A stretch of DNA of 64,000 nt from Octopus sinensis (GCF_006345805.1 NC_043006.1:79856001-79920000), one strand, 5' to 3'; shown: positions 26,898 through 40,226, counted from the first letter of the stretch. Notes: generated by a model not told the origin, from the sequence alone. Numbers and translations: made by a program.

Positions 26898-28892
26898 TTA
26901 AGGAATCTGACTAAATGTGTCCGTCATTAGTGTTTTAGAGGAAGTTGAAGATAAAGCCATAGATTTGGTGGGAGAGCGTTTTTGAAACTTATGCACTTTT
27001 TTCAGTAGTCTACGGCAGACGATCTTCGTGAAGAGGAACGAGAGGCAAATAAACAGTCCAGTAAATGAGTTTAAAATACAAAATAATAAAGAAAATTCAT
27101 CAATTCTTGTAAATGCATAGAAGAATGCGAATATCCATGTTAGTCCCATGACGAAGCAGAGTTTTATGTAAATGAGGAATTCCAATTTATTACGCTTACG
27201 TAAATATTTCGATGAAAGTTTCCTGGCCATATATAGCCCTCTAGAGGTGAGGATAAAAGCCAATATATTAAGACATAAAAGGAGCAATACAGGGGTTGCA
27301 AATAGCCACAGCAGACCATTTCCGTTTGTAATCCAGCAAATACCATTTCCATATTCCGGAGAAATATGATTTCCAGGTGTGTACTCAAATACCAGTGATA
27401 TTGTTACTATTACAAGTGGACAGATCCAGCCATACAAAGAATACAATACAAGTCTCTTAGTATTTTTTCCTGAACTCCGAAGTTGTTTAAATCCTGAGAA
27501 AGTGTACCAAGCATCAAATGACATGACATTCATCCAGAAGAAAGTCGCTAGAAACAAATAATGCATCATAATAGCTAAAGATTTACACAGCACTGTGGAT
27601 TTAGTGACTTGTGATGAAATAAGAAAGAGAAGCTCAGCTACAAACAGTGCTGATAAAAGACTAATGAGTAATTTACCTGGTAAGGTATGAAGATCAGGTA
27701 TACAGAGATAGACTATAATAGTAACTGCTAGAGCTGGAATAGAGATTACTAGTCCTACTAAAGTGATATAGCCCTCAGCAATGGAATATTTTGATACACC
27801 ATTGCCACCATTCTTTATACAGATACTTATTATACCGTCAGCATCTTGAATGAATTCTGATTGGTTCAGAAAACGTTGGGTATTATTTAAGTAGAGAAGA
27901 CCATCACTAGTGATGTAATACTCAGATTTGCTTAATCTTGTTGCCGTACAGTTTAATGGAGAATTATAGACAACTTGTCGACATTGCCGTGTATTTATAT
28001 CAAAGACGGAGTTTTTTAGGCAAGAGGGCAATTTCCCAACATTTCGGTTGCTGGATTTCTTATCATATATTACAAACACATTGGTGCGATAATCGAAAAG
28101 GATACTTAATGAAGGCATTTGTTTCATTTCATTTGTACCTCTGTTCTCTTTACACCAATCATAAATTTCTTTAAGTCCATGACATACAGCACAATGACTG
28201 TTTCTGAATAATTTTGAGTCACTTTTTACTAACGCCATGGGCTCATATTCGCATGCAACTTCGAGCTTCGTATAATTGTTATGTTCAGGACAGCTGGAAA
28301 TATATGGATTGCAAGAAAAGAGATATTGATCTAAATCCTTCGAGGGAATTTCTAACTGTTTCCTGCAGTTATGATCTTCGACAAAATCTGATAGCTTTTC
28401 AAGGTTTACATTTCCACTTTCAGGACAGTCAAACCTGAGATTCCATAAAATGAATTCTTCTCCATGACACAAAGCACAATATAAGTTCCTATATAATTTT
28501 TTACTTGTTTTGCCAAAAGCAGGTATGTTTTGCAGTTGATCCTCTGAGTTAGGATTTTCACAGTTGCTTACAAACTCCGTAATATCATGGTTGGGAGGAC
28601 AGCGGTCAAACTGATAATAATAAGAGCTATTAGCATTTCTACAACTGTAATATGTTGATGGATAGGGTTGTTTGTGTTCAGAAGTGGTGTTATTACTCAT
28701 GTCAGAACAACATTCATTGTAGAGATAGCAGTCCGGGCGACACGAACAGCGTTCTTGTTGGGGGGTTTTAGAACACAAGGCTGGAAAACATGGTGGACTG
28801 TCTTCGTTGCTGTTGTTCGCTGATGATTGTGCTGATGCAAGATTTTGGAATGGTATAAGAGAAACCATTAAGAATTGAAAAAAACTTTCCAT
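26898..28892 (-). CDS. Methuselah-like (secretin-family) 7TM GPCR with SMB-like and Cys-rich ectodomain, 664 aa, single coding exon
   Basis: Intact ORF with N-terminal signal-like peptide, CSCRPDCYLYNECCSD (SMB-like), two (Y/F)RNxxCAxCHG modules, NC...EY...DG.LYL...IC Mth-like domain and seven hydrophobic helices including FFWMNVMSFDAWYTF and MGLTWIF. No GPS/GAIN motif seen. Confidence 0.93.
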   Translation of the reverse strand: MESFFQFLMVSLIPFQNLASAQSSANNSNEDSPPCFPALCSKTPQQERCSCRPDCYLYNECCSDMSNNTTSEHKQPYPSTYYSCRNANSSYYYQFDRCPPNHDITEFVSNCENPNSEDQLQNIPAFGKTSKKLYRNLYCALCHGEEFILWNLRFDCPESGNVNLEKLSDFVEDHNCRKQLEIPSKDLDQYLFSCNPYISSCPEHNNYTKLEVACEYEPMALVKSDSKLFRNSHCAVCHGLKEIYDWCKENRGTNEMKQMPSLSILFDYRTNVFVIYDKKSSNRNVGKLPSCLKNSVFDINTRQCRQVVYNSPLNCTATRLSKSEYYITSDGLLYLNNTQRFLNQSEFIQDADGIISICIKNGGNGVSKYSIAEGYITLVGLVISIPALAVTIIVYLCIPDLHTLPGKLLISLLSALFVAELLFLISSQVTKSTVLCKSLAIMMHYLFLATFFWMNVMSFDAWYTFSGFKQLRSSGKNTKRLVLYSLYGWICPLVIVTISLVFEYTPGNHISPEYGNGICWITNGNGLLWLFATPVLLLLCLNILAFILTSRGLYMARKLSSKYLRKRNKLEFLIYIKLCFVMGLTWIFAFFYAFTRIDEFSLLFCILNSFTGLFICLSFLFTKIVCRRLLKKVHKFQKRSPTKSMALSSTSSKTLMTDTFSQIP

Positions 28893-29107
28893 TTCAAATC
28901 ATTTAATAAGAACATCTAAGAATAGATACTAAATGTCCTAATTTTTAAAATTAGAAATTAATTTACGTTATTTTATATTTAGCAGTTTTTTTGAAATCGC
29001 ATTAAATATTATACTAATCATAAAAAATTATAAATATACTAATCATTAAAAAATCTATATTGTAGCAGTAATGCTAAATGTTTCGAGAACATAAAATTTA
29101 AATGTAC

Positions 29108-29262
29108 CTCTGTTGTAAAAAGCAGAAAGCCTTCAATGCAATTTTGGATGTAGGAATATATCAAATTTAATGGTTAAGTTCTAGGCTTACAGTTGAAGAT
29201 TATAAATTAGCTTTATCTCACTACTTGTTGGTGGCACGAATATCCGAAAATTCTACACGTAT
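29108..29262 (-). other. Candidate non-coding 5' UTR exon of the 26898-28892 GPCR
   Basis: Acceptor tttcttcttttacAG (29264-29263) and donor gag|GTacat (29107); next acceptor tattcttAG at 28917-28916. Both sites are conserved upstream of the paralogue. Confidence 0.6.
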
Positions 29263-29399
29263 CTGTAAAAGAAGAAACATTTAATAGGATATTATGCGCA
29301 TACATTTATAGAATTTATTTCTAAGTACGTTTTTAAATAAAATTTTAAATAAATCTAAAATCTCTCTCTTCCCCTCTCTCAATATATACGTATCAATCA

Positions 29400-32025
29400 G
29401 GCCCTTGTATACCTTCACGTCTCAGTTCCATACAATAGGAATAACTTTGAATAATAGATGCGGATCTTAGTGTTCTTGGGAGATGGGTCTCGACTTCCAG
29501 ATATTATTCCACTAGAGCAATGCGACTCACGCTCTTTCAAACTTAGCTTTACCTCCAGTTTCACCTAGATGGTCAATGATGCTACCCAGATATGCAAAGC
29601 TGGCAATTTACTCAAGAAGGTCATCCTTATGATGTACTGATTTTTCCGCGGTAGCATTGTGTATCAAAAGTTTTCTTGCCGCTGTGAACGTTCAGTCTAA
29701 CTTGTGTAAAAATGTTACCGATAGTGTTCGTCTTCTCTTACATCTGATACAGACTGAAGCGATACAAAGATATTTGCGTAATCAAGGTCCTTAAGTTAAA
29801 CCGGTTCCATATGGCTCTCTGAATTCTGATCTAGTCTGTTTCTACTGTTGAAATGTTCATTGCTCAATCAATTTCTAGCAAGAAAAATAAAACATCCTCG
29901 GCAGTTTCCGGGTTCATTGTGAAGTCTTTTTTGTCAATCTTCCATTATAGGAACACCCTGTTTGAAAACTTTCTCAGGGTTTGACCACAGTATTATTCCA
30001 CAATGGTTTTGGTATTCACTGACATTTTTCACTGGGAGATTCACAAAAGATAGCCTTCTCTCTTATCGGCGAAGAATTCCTCTTCGAGATAGTCTGACGT
30101 AGATGTAGTCTGACGAAGATGTAGATGTAGTCTGCTCTGTTGATAGTTAGATAAGATACAGCTTTTCGGATTTCAGTCTAGTTTGGTGTTTTACAGCTTA
30201 TGGGTAAGTTCTCTCCAGTCACTGGTATGTCTGGAGGGTTTGCTGGTACTGATCTCCTGAGCAGTTCTTCAATATATTCTGCCTAACTCTTCCGCAGCAG
30301 GTCATTATCAGCAACCATGTTATCTGGGTGGCAAATAATCGAGAAATAATTGCTCTGTTAATGACAGAGAAAAGTGGAACCGTTTCTTCACCATTTAGCA
30401 CTCACTTCCCTGTGATATCAAAAAGGTCCTACACGCTGTCTCTCGAAGCAGCAGCTTTAATTGCCAGGTCATCAATGTACTTGCGCACGATTGCTCAAAT
30501 GCTGCCCTTAACTTATTTATTGACGCTGAAGTATGAGTTTTGGACAATGGCTTTCGCATTTCTTGCTTGGTTGGCAATGGTTTCTAAAGCTTTCCGGTCT
30601 CAATATTTGATAATAGTGAAGGCTGCAAGCTGACAGAAACGTTAGCAGGCCAGGTTAAATGCTTAGCGGTATTTCGTGTCTTTATGTCCTCAGTTCAAAT
30701 TCCGCCGAGGTCGACTTAGCCTTTCATCCTTTCGGGGTCGATTAAATAAGTACCAGTTATGCACTGGGGGTCGATGTAATCGACTTAATCCCTTTATTTG
30801 TCCTTGTTTGTCCCCTCTATGTTTAGCCCCTTGTGAGTAATAAAGAAATAAGAAGCGTTAGCAGGCCGGGCGAAGTGCTTAGCGGTATTTCGTCTGTTTT
30901 TACGTTCTGTGTTCAAATTCCGCCGAGGTCGACTTTGCCTTTCATCCTTTCGGGGTCGATTAATTAAGTACCAGTTACGCACTGGGGTCGATATAATCGA
31001 CTTAATCCGTTTGTCTGTCCTTGTTTGTCTCCTCTGTGTTTAGCCCCTTGTGGGTAGTAAAGAAATAGGTATTTTGTCTGTCTTTACGTTCTGAGTTCAA
31101 ATTCCGCCGAGGTCGACTTTGCCTTTCATCCTTTCGGGGTCGATAAATTAAGTACCAGTTGCGTACTGGCCCCACCCCTAAAATTTCGGGCCTTGCGCTT
31201 CGAGTAGAAAAGAATATTTGATAATATTTGCGTAGATATCCATTCCTAGAGCTGTTGTTTTATCCCGCGAATGACTTGCGCATATGTGAAAATTGCAACT
31301 TCTTTGTAAGCCCTCTATTCAGAGTGAAGGTCATCCGTATCACGATTTGATTGAGGATTTAAAACTTGTTATTAAGCGCAGTGTTGAATGACTTGTTCTG
31401 AGCCTGCAAAGGATTGAAGCTGGTTTTTTGTTCAGGTAGCCTGGGGTCCGTGCGTTTCTTCAGTTTTAGTTTCATGTGGGAAATAAAGATATAGTAGTCA
31501 GATATCACATCAACACCTCTCTTCATTGTAGCGTTCATCATCGATCATTAGAACTTGCGAGGGATGAAGAAATTGCCAATCAGATTTATGTGATTCTGCC
31601 TGATGAAATTCAGTTTGCTTTATCGATCTTTTTGTGTGGTAACACGTTTCCTCTAATTAACAGGTTGTTTGAAATTTGCTTTCTTTTCACCATCCCCACT
31701 CAAATTTACTCCGACTCTGTTTATTCATCATCAGTTCATATCCAAGATATTCTGAGTTTATATTTGTGTTCAAGTCACTGATCAGTGTCGGCATCTTTTA
31801 CTTTCAGTTCTTTGAACTTGCTCAACACGGCTTGCAGTTTTTCATAAAAAAGAATCTTTTATTTCTTCTATCTTCATGACTGCTGTTCATTGGTGCATAA
31901 TATTTGAGGTAACTACATTCCATCTTCGAGGTGACTTTGAATAAGGGAGCAATGAATCTTGGTCCCTGTGGTTCTCGTCCAAACGAACCTGACTGTAGCT
32001 GCTTTGAGAGCATGACAGCCACGCC
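29400..32025 (-). mobile_element. Decayed RTE LINE (endonuclease to RT end), interrupted by a SINE array
   Basis: GVAVMLSKQ...EPQGPRFIA...YAPMN (RTE APE); HCGIILWSNPEKVF (RT start); FAYLGSII...NIWKSRPIS...LYGTET (RT end). Confidence 0.75.
30625..31205 (+). mobile_element. Head-to-tail array of three tRNA-derived SINE units
   Basis: Same unit as 13309-14160. The third unit is 5'-truncated and joined at ...aaataGGTATTT. Confidence 0.9.
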
Positions 32026-32529
32026 ATACATACATACATACATACATACATACATACATACATACATACATACATACATACATGCCTAAATACCAATCTT
32101 GAGAAATTAGGCTTCTCAAAACCAGAAAGGAGAAAGCTAATTCGAAGGTTACAGATCCAATCCAGCACTGGAACTGTAAAAATCTGTAAAACTTTCCAGA
32201 AGTTTATCATTTAAGTATATATGAGCATGTCTAGATATGTAACACTATGCATGAGAATACATACATAAAACATAAAAATCTGCAAATGTATACATACATA
32301 CATACATACATACATACATACATACACACCTACCTACCTACCTACCTACATACATACATACATACATACATACATACATACATACATACATACATACAAA
32401 CAAAAATACCCTGTTGTTGATGATGAAATTCCAATGAAGGAACCTTGGATCTAATTTAGAAACCGGTTCATTTTCTATTTGCAAGAAATCTTGAAATAAA
32501 GTGAATAATGACATACATACATACACACA

Positions 32530-32872
32530 TACATAATTCCTCTATAGAATGCATTCATAAACACCAACTCAAGGAATACTGGTGGAACATTCCCATCAAA
32601 ACTTCTGTCAAATGTAAACATAATAGGCAGGATATTCTTGTTTGGGACAGAGGGGCAAAGGTATTATGTACCATCATAGAGGTCAGCTGCCCTGCAGATA
32701 TAAATATCTCTTTGAAAATCAAAGACATAGAGGAGACCTATGGACAACAATTTCGAAACCTCCAGCTTCTATATCCAGACTATGAATTCATATTCCTACC
32801 AATAATAATTGGAGCACTAGGTTTTGTTAGTAAATGCTCAAAGGAGAATCTGGTTAAACTGGGATTTTCAGA
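32530..32872 (+). mobile_element. R4/Dong-like restriction-like endonuclease fragment
   Basis: HNRQDILVWD...IIEVSCPADIN...Y...LPIIIGALG (PD..D/ExK-like motif). Confidence 0.75.
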
Positions 32873-32930
32873 TATATACATATATATACATATATAAGTA
32901 AAAGAATAAAAGAATATGTATATATATATA

Positions 32931-34177
32931 TTAGGTCGTCAAGTATGAAATTTGTAGTAAGGTATATGGTAAATTTTGACAACAGTTCATTTTGCGCTTT
33001 TATTATATTTTGACAATCTTCATTTTTTGTTAGAAACTGACACATCTATTTTTATATTCTAACTCATTTTGCGCTTTATAAGGTATTTATAAAACCGTTT
33101 TTTGCTATTTTTGTTTAGGGATGGATAAGTTGGAAATTCGTACAGTTTTGAAATAGAGCATCACAGATAGGTCGGAATATTAATGGAGTATTTCATTCTA
33201 ATGCTATTACACAGAAGACAGTATCAAAGTGGTTTGCAAAATTTCGTTCTTGTAACTTTGATCTCACAAATGTGCAACGCGGTCGACCAGAAACAAAGGT
33301 GGATAATGACGAACCGAAAGCCACTGTCAAGTGAGATCTATCTCAAAGTGCTCGTGAATTATCGTTGTTGTTTGGTGTTAGCAGGCAAACAAATCGGTAA
33401 AGTGAAAAAAAGTTGGATAAGTGGGTTCCACATGAACTCAATGAAAATCAAATACAGCAACATTTGGAAGTCGGCATTATGCTACCTTCTCATAACTAAA
33501 ATGAATCATTTTTGAGTCGAAATGTAACATGTGAGGAGAAATGGATCCAATACAACAACCGTAAACGTTCAGTACAATGTTTGGACAAAGACGAGCCACC
33601 AAAACACAGTCCAAAAAGCAAAATTCATACAAAAATTTGATGGTGTGTGTTTGGTAGTCTGGCGCAAATGTGATCCATTATGATTTCATTAAACCTGGCT
33701 TATCAATCACGACCGAAGTATAGAGCAGCCAACTGAACCAAATGATGCAGAAACTTACAAAAAAAAAAACTGCCTAGATTAGTCAAGAGATCCGCTCCTA
33801 TTTTATTGCAAGACAACGCCAGACCACAGATCACAAAAATGACATTGGCAAAACTACAGGAGTTGGAGTTGGAAGTTCTCCATCATCCACCATACTCACC
33901 TGATCTTGCCACCACTGACTACCACTTCTTCCAGAATTTGGATAACCTTTTGATAGGAAAAAATTTTAAATTCCGATGATGCTGTAAAACAGGCCTTCCA
34001 AGATTTTATTGACTCTAGATTGCCAGGCTTTTACGGTTCCGGGCTGGACAAGCTACTGCTGAAATGACAAAAGTGTATTGACAATATGGGTGCATACTTT
34101 GATGAATAACACTATTCCTTGTATTTATAAAACATTAGCAAACATTTTTCTTTTCTACAAATTTCATACTTGACTAC

Positions 34178-34181
<4 letters not shown>
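32931..34181 (+). mobile_element. Full-length (1251 bp) decayed mariner inserted in TA
   Basis: TIRs ttaggtcgtcaagtatgaaattt / aaatttcatacttgactacctaa with TA flanks; TCEEKW; LLQDNARP; HPPYSPDLATTDYHFF; multiple stops. Confidence 0.93.
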
Positions 34182-34240
<59 letters not shown>

Positions 34241-34688
34241 CACACACATACACACACACGCGCGCGCGCGCACACACACAGACAGACACATACACATGCG
34301 CAGTGTAGATGTGTGGTAAGAAATTTGCCCACCGACCAACGCTTGCTGGTTTGTTGACGACTCGTAATTTACCAATGCGATACTCCAGCATGGACGTAGT
34401 CCAAAAACAAAAAAACTTAAATTGTATATATATATATATATGTGTGTGTATGTGTGTGTGTGTGTGTTTGTGTGTGTAGAATAGGGGGATCAAACCCAAG
34501 GACATAAAAAGGCCATTATGCCCTGGAGGCGAGCACAGTGAGTCAAAAGTGATGGTGGGTGATGATTTTCACCAGTTATAATCCTTTCTACTAGAGGCAC
34601 AAGGCCTGAAATTTTTTTTGGGGTGGTGGTAGTGCTGGGGGTCCAGTCAATTTCATTGATCCCAGTACACGGTGTGATGTGGAAGAAA

Positions 34689-37151
34689 GAAAGCGGATCA
34701 TTTTCCAATTGAAGTCGGATGTAGAGGATTCGTTGGATACAGTGTGAGGTAACTTGTTATCGTTAGGCCTAACTCGAAGTCAAGCAAATACTACCATGAA
34801 CAATATCCAAACTACGGTGGAAAAGGCTAGCCACTGGAAACTCTAGTAGAAGATTGGTATAAAGCAGAAGGCATATACCCACTAGTGTAGCTGGGGGAGG
34901 GGGAAGGAGTGGTAGGAGTGGCCCGCCCTGGCAGCACTTTTAAAGGGGCGGCAGTTTGGGTCTGCCGTAGGCAGTGTGTGTTTTTGTGGGGTACGAGGGC
35001 AGCAAACGGAAAGGCCACCGCGGATGACACACACTCTAGCTACGTTAGTGTATATACCTGCCGAAGGAAGCCAATGCAAAGACTATAAAACAGTTTAGGC
35101 CGATATCCTTATTGAATGTGGAAGGCAAGATCTTTATGGGAATTCTGTAGAGGAGGACAGTGACATATCTACAGAGTAATAGATATACTGATGAATCTGT
35201 TCAAAAGGTTCGAATCCCTGGGATCCCTGGAAATCCCATGGTGCACTGAGCGTTGTTTTTTCGATTTGGAAGTGGTCCAGGATGCCAAACAGAACAAGAC
35301 AAGTCTTAACGTGGTATGGCTTGATCTCGCTAATGCATATGGCTCTGCCACACGAATTACTGTTGGGAGCCAAGGACCACTTCTACATCCCAGAGAAAGT
35401 AACAAGATTAACGAGGATGTATTATGATAGTTTCGAGATGAGGTTTAGAGTTGGAAATTTTACAACAGATTGGCACCGATTGGAGATTAGCATTGCTGCT
35501 GGCTGCACAATATCTGTCACGTAGTTTATTATGATTTTCAAAGCAGTGGGCTTTTCAGAACAAATCGCCCATGTACAATCACCTAAGAAGGCCTTCATGG
35601 ATGATGTGTTACTTCTATCGACAAACAAGCAAATCATACAGAGTGCCCTCTTGAGGCTAGACGAGCTTATGAAGTGATCAAGGATGCGACTTAGAGTAAA
35701 ATAGTCGCGTAGTCTGACATTTATTAAAGGAGTGTAAAAAGAAGTTAAATTTAAAATAGCTGAAGATAGCATTCCAACTGTCAAGGAAGAAACTGTTAAG
35801 AGCTTGGGGCGTGTATACGCTGGAACATTGCCAGATTGGAGTCGTGGGAGGAAAATTATGAAACAAGCCGAAGATAGATTAATAGCAGTTGATTATTCAA
35901 AGCTACCAGGTAAATATAAAATATGGTGCTTACGGCTCGGCTTGTAACTGCGCCTTTCGTGGCCATTTTTAATGTACGAGGTGGCACTGTCATGAGTTAA
36001 AATCATTAAAGAAAAGTGTATTGTTCATTAGAAAGTGGCTAGGCCTACCTCGGATATTGAACAGTTCAGTTCTCTATCGTAAAGGGGCTCGTTGCAGATA
36101 CCACTGACGTCAATAGTCGAAATTTATAAACTAGGGTACGAACAGTGTTTATGCTGAGAGAGTCGAAGGATATAGAAATCAGGCGAAATCCACCAGATGT
36201 AAAACAGCCAGGAAGTGGAAAGCAGAGACTGATGACATTCTGTCTTCACCGAGATATGGTGGGTGCAACGCAAATTTATCGAAAGGACTTGGATTCGGTA
36301 CAGATCAGTTCAGACCGTTTGCAAGTATGATACGGAGCGAACGTAGATCTGTTGTTAGCAACAGCGTCAAAACAAGGGAAACAGAGAGAAGAGAGCTTCG
36401 TTTGATTCAGTGCGCTCAACGACAGCTGAAGAAATGGGAGGAATATGTCGTTGAGAAAAAAATAAGTTAGAATGAGATATGGCTAAGTTTTCTGATTCGT
36501 TCATCCTATGATATCTTGCCATCGCCTCCAAATCTAGTAAGATGGAACGTCTCAGAAAATGAAATATGCAAATGCGGAGAAGTCGGAACACTGAAACATA
36601 TTCTTTCCAACTGTTACCTGGCATTGAACTTACATGGGGACACAACCTGGTCCTTAAGGTTATCTTCAATGCTATAAAGAACCAAATTGGAACCAAATTG
36701 CTCTTATCAGCAGTGGAAAGAAAAAAAATATTGAAAGAACCAACCAGAGATTTCATTACCTTTGTGCGCTCAAGTCAGCAGATCCGTTTCAAGAAGTAAC
36801 TTACTGTGAGCGATGAAAAGTGGAACAGCTACTGGGAGGTGGCTACAGATTTACCAGGGTGCCAAGGATTCTTTCCTATCCCAGTTACGAAAAAACCGGA
36901 TATTATAATGTGGTGTGAAAGAAATAAAGTGGTGAATCTAGTCAAGTTTACAGTTTCTCACGAATATAAGATGGACGCCGCTCAGGCTCGAAAGATTGAC
37001 TGTTATGTAAACCTTCTGGAGGAATATGAAAACGCATGCTGGAAAGCGGAGCATTTTCCAATCGAAGTCGGATGTGGATGATTCGTTGGACACCGTGTGA
37101 GGTAACTTGTTATCGTAAAGCAAATACCACTTTGAACGATATCCAAACTAC
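34689..37151 (+). mobile_element. Hero-like (R2 superfamily, RLE) non-LTR retrotransposon relic preceded by a copy of its own 3' end
   Basis: QFRPISLLNVEGKIF; WLDLANAYGS; AFMDD; LPGKYKIWCL...KWLGLP; KPDIIMW; FPIEVGC. 34689-34815 repeats 37042-37151. Confidence 0.75.
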
Positions 37152-37159
37152 AATGAACA

Positions 37160-37913
37160 AAAACACAGCTACACCAGTGCTGCAATCCAAAATGATATTT
37201 TAAAAACGATGAGTCATATGGTTTTGAAAGGCATAATAAAGAATTTAAGCTGTTTGGAATAATTATTGATGGTACATAAGATATTCAGGGTAAGGAGCAG
37301 GAGGTCATTTGTGTTCGTCACGTGAATGATTATTTTGAAATTACTTTTTTTTTTTAATAGAAATCATCATAGTGGATCATCACTCGAGGATCATCGTAGA
37401 ATATTCGGTGAAATACTATCAGGAGTCGGTCGCATGTTTCCAAATGTTGAGCGATTGCTCGAGCTACTTTTAGTGTTTTCAACCAGTTCTTGTGAAGCCG
37501 AAAAATATTTTAGCATTCTGCGGGGACTCAAAACTTGGCTGCGATCAACCATGACACAGCAAAAGTTGAAAATCATATTCTAATTAGTTGTGAAGAAGTT
37601 GATAAATTATCTATTGACAGCAATGATGCAAGATATAATACATTTGGTATATTCTAAAAGACAATAAATTTACTTCAAAATTTTTTATTTAAATGCCTGT
37701 TTTAGTTTTTGTTATTTGATATAATAAACCCTTTTTAAGTTTATTTTTTTTTATAACTGAATTCCATTTGAAAATATAAAATTTAATTGACGTAAAATGT
37801 AACTTTTGTGATAGGGTCTGGAAAAGGCAACATAAGCAACACTAACATGTTCCTTTAAGAATCAACAAATGTTGGTTTGTCCCTCTCACATTTTTAGGCA
37901 AACGAGGCCCCTG
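37160..37913 (+). mobile_element. hAT transposon remnant (internally deleted)
   Basis: LFGIIIDGT...EQEVICVRHV; FPNVERLLELLLVFSTSSCEAEKYFSILRGLKTWLRSTMTQ (hAT dimerisation domain); ends ...gaggcccctg. Confidence 0.8.
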
Positions 37914-37991
37914 TATATGTATGTATGTACGTATGTATGTATGTATGTATGTATGTATGTATGTATGTATGTATGTATGTATGTATGTATG

Positions 37992-38084
<93 letters not shown>

Positions 38085-39375
38085 CATACATATATATATG
38101 TATGTATATTTCGGGATGTTTTTTCCAAATAAACACGCGCACTATATATTCGTTCTCCACTCGTTTATTACTGTTCTTATCCTAACTAATGTCCATTGAC
38201 CTCTTCAGCGACACCTTCCGTCTTCGTGTGTGCTCTTGCTCCGCTTAGTCCATACTGTTCTTCTATGATGTGTATCCTTATACGCGTATGCCTTGGCGTC
38301 TTTATTTGTGTGTGCGCGTGTATGTGTGTGCTATGATTCTCCCATCATCTCCGTTCCCTCTCCCATTGTCGCTGCTGTTGCCCTTGAACCCTACTTTTGG
38401 AACCATCCGTGTATCTCTCTGTGTTTGTGTGTTCGCTGACGCTGCTGCCATCGTGGTAGTTGTTGTTGCCGTTGTCGATGTTGTTACTGCCGTTGCAGTT
38501 GTTGGTGGTGTTGCTGATATTGTTGCAGCCGTCTGTGAAGTTACTGAATATGTGTTTCTATATGTTTATGGTTTCGCTTCCTATATTGTTTGTATCCGTT
38601 CCCTTTATATAATTCTTTTTTATTAAAAAAATTTATCTTATCTAGCTCTATTTCTTATATTTATCATGGATATGTGCATATTGGTCTCTTGTGTGTGTAT
38701 TATACTGTATCTGCTTTTTTCTCCCTTCTGTCTTTAGTCGTCATGTTGCCTGGTTTGGTGGTGGGTGTTATTGTTCCATTCGTGTTTTCTGTTGAGGCTC
38801 GGTCTGTCTGTTGATATGTGTGTATCCTCTGTGATATTTCCAAGTGTCTAAGTGATATGTAATTGTAAGATCAAAGGATCTAGGTATGAGAAATTAATAA
38901 GCTTCGTTAAGTTCGTAGTAGGCATAAAAAACAACTTTCCCGAACAATAATAGTTTATTGGCGTAGATGATTGTAGGTTTCACCCATATCGATGTTCGAT
39001 AAAGTGAAAAAAATTTATAGAATATGGTTAGTATCTAGAGTTGCTATGAGTGCGAATAAAAATCCAGATTGAGAGAATAGAACTGGTAAATTCCAGGCTC
39101 CATATGTTTCCTAGGTAGCTGAACTTCGGAAGTAATAATTACTCAACGAAGCCTATTCCACCAGCTACACACAAGGCCGAAAATACCTTAGTTAAATGAA
39201 GGTTCATTGTCATCAAAGGATCAGTACTTGCATCTTGAGCAAGTGTCTTCTACTAAAGCCTCGAGCGACCGAAGGTTTGTGAGTGGATTTGTTAGATGGA
39301 AACTGAAAGAAGCCCATCGTATATATGTATATGTTTGTATATATATATATATACATACATACACCTCCCACACAC

Positions 39376-39431
<56 letters not shown>

Positions 39432-39434
<3 letters not shown>

Positions 39435-39700
39435 TGGTGGACTGGGTCTAAAAATATTGGTTGCCAGGATAATAAGGAGGCCCACCCGCAACTACAATGC
39501 TATCATTTAATTTTTTGTTCATTAACAGTATTCTTTTCAACTATCTACAAACACAGCAAGGTTGAAATGATTTATGCATTCTTCCAGGAGTGAATTAAAA
39601 TTTCTCAAACTTGAGGGGACGGGACCCTTAGATACTAACATGGGTCTCTATATATGGATTCTAATGGCGCAGTGCCCACTAACCAACGGGCATGCTGCCA

Positions 39701-39703
<3 letters not shown>
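39432..39703. mobile_element. Possible hAT-type MITE inside (TA)n
   Basis: Only short terminal inverted repeats CAGTGG...CCACTG. Confidence 0.4.
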
Positions 39704-39733
<30 letters not shown>

Positions 39734-39738
<5 letters not shown>

Positions 39739-39862
39739 GGTGTCCCCCCAAAGTGTATACACATAGTGGTTCGGCAAAAGAGAACGATAGAATAAGTACT
39801 AGGCTTACAAAGAATAACAAATTTACAATTATTTAAGGTGTGTATACATTTTTGGGGACACC

Positions 39863-39867
<5 letters not shown>
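39734..39867. mobile_element. 134-bp Tc1/mariner-type MITE containing a SINE fragment
   Basis: TIRs tacagggtgtcccc..aaa..tgtatacac. The interior ggttcggcaaaagagaacgatagaataagtactaggcttacaaagaataa matches the SINE tail at ~56660-56710. Confidence 0.8.
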
Positions 39868-39932
<65 letters not shown>

Positions 39933-40172
39933 ATATAATGTGTGTATTTGTTTCTGTGTTTGCCTCCCACCATCGCTTGACCACCGGTGTTGGTGTATTT
40001 ACGTCACTGTAACTTAGCGGTTCAACAAGAGTGGACGATAGAATAAATAAATAAATACTAAGCTTAGCAAAAATAAGTCCTGGAATCGATTTGTTCCTCT
40101 AAAACTCTTCAAGGCGGTGTCCTAGTATAGCTGCAGTCAAATGACTAATACCAGTAAAGGATAAAGGATAAA

Positions 40173-40226
<54 letters not shown>

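Noticed and set aside
38270-38814. Hydrophobic ORFs resembling membrane proteins
   Set aside because: They derive from low-complexity GTT/GCT and pyrimidine-rich repeat-like sequence with no recognisable family motif.
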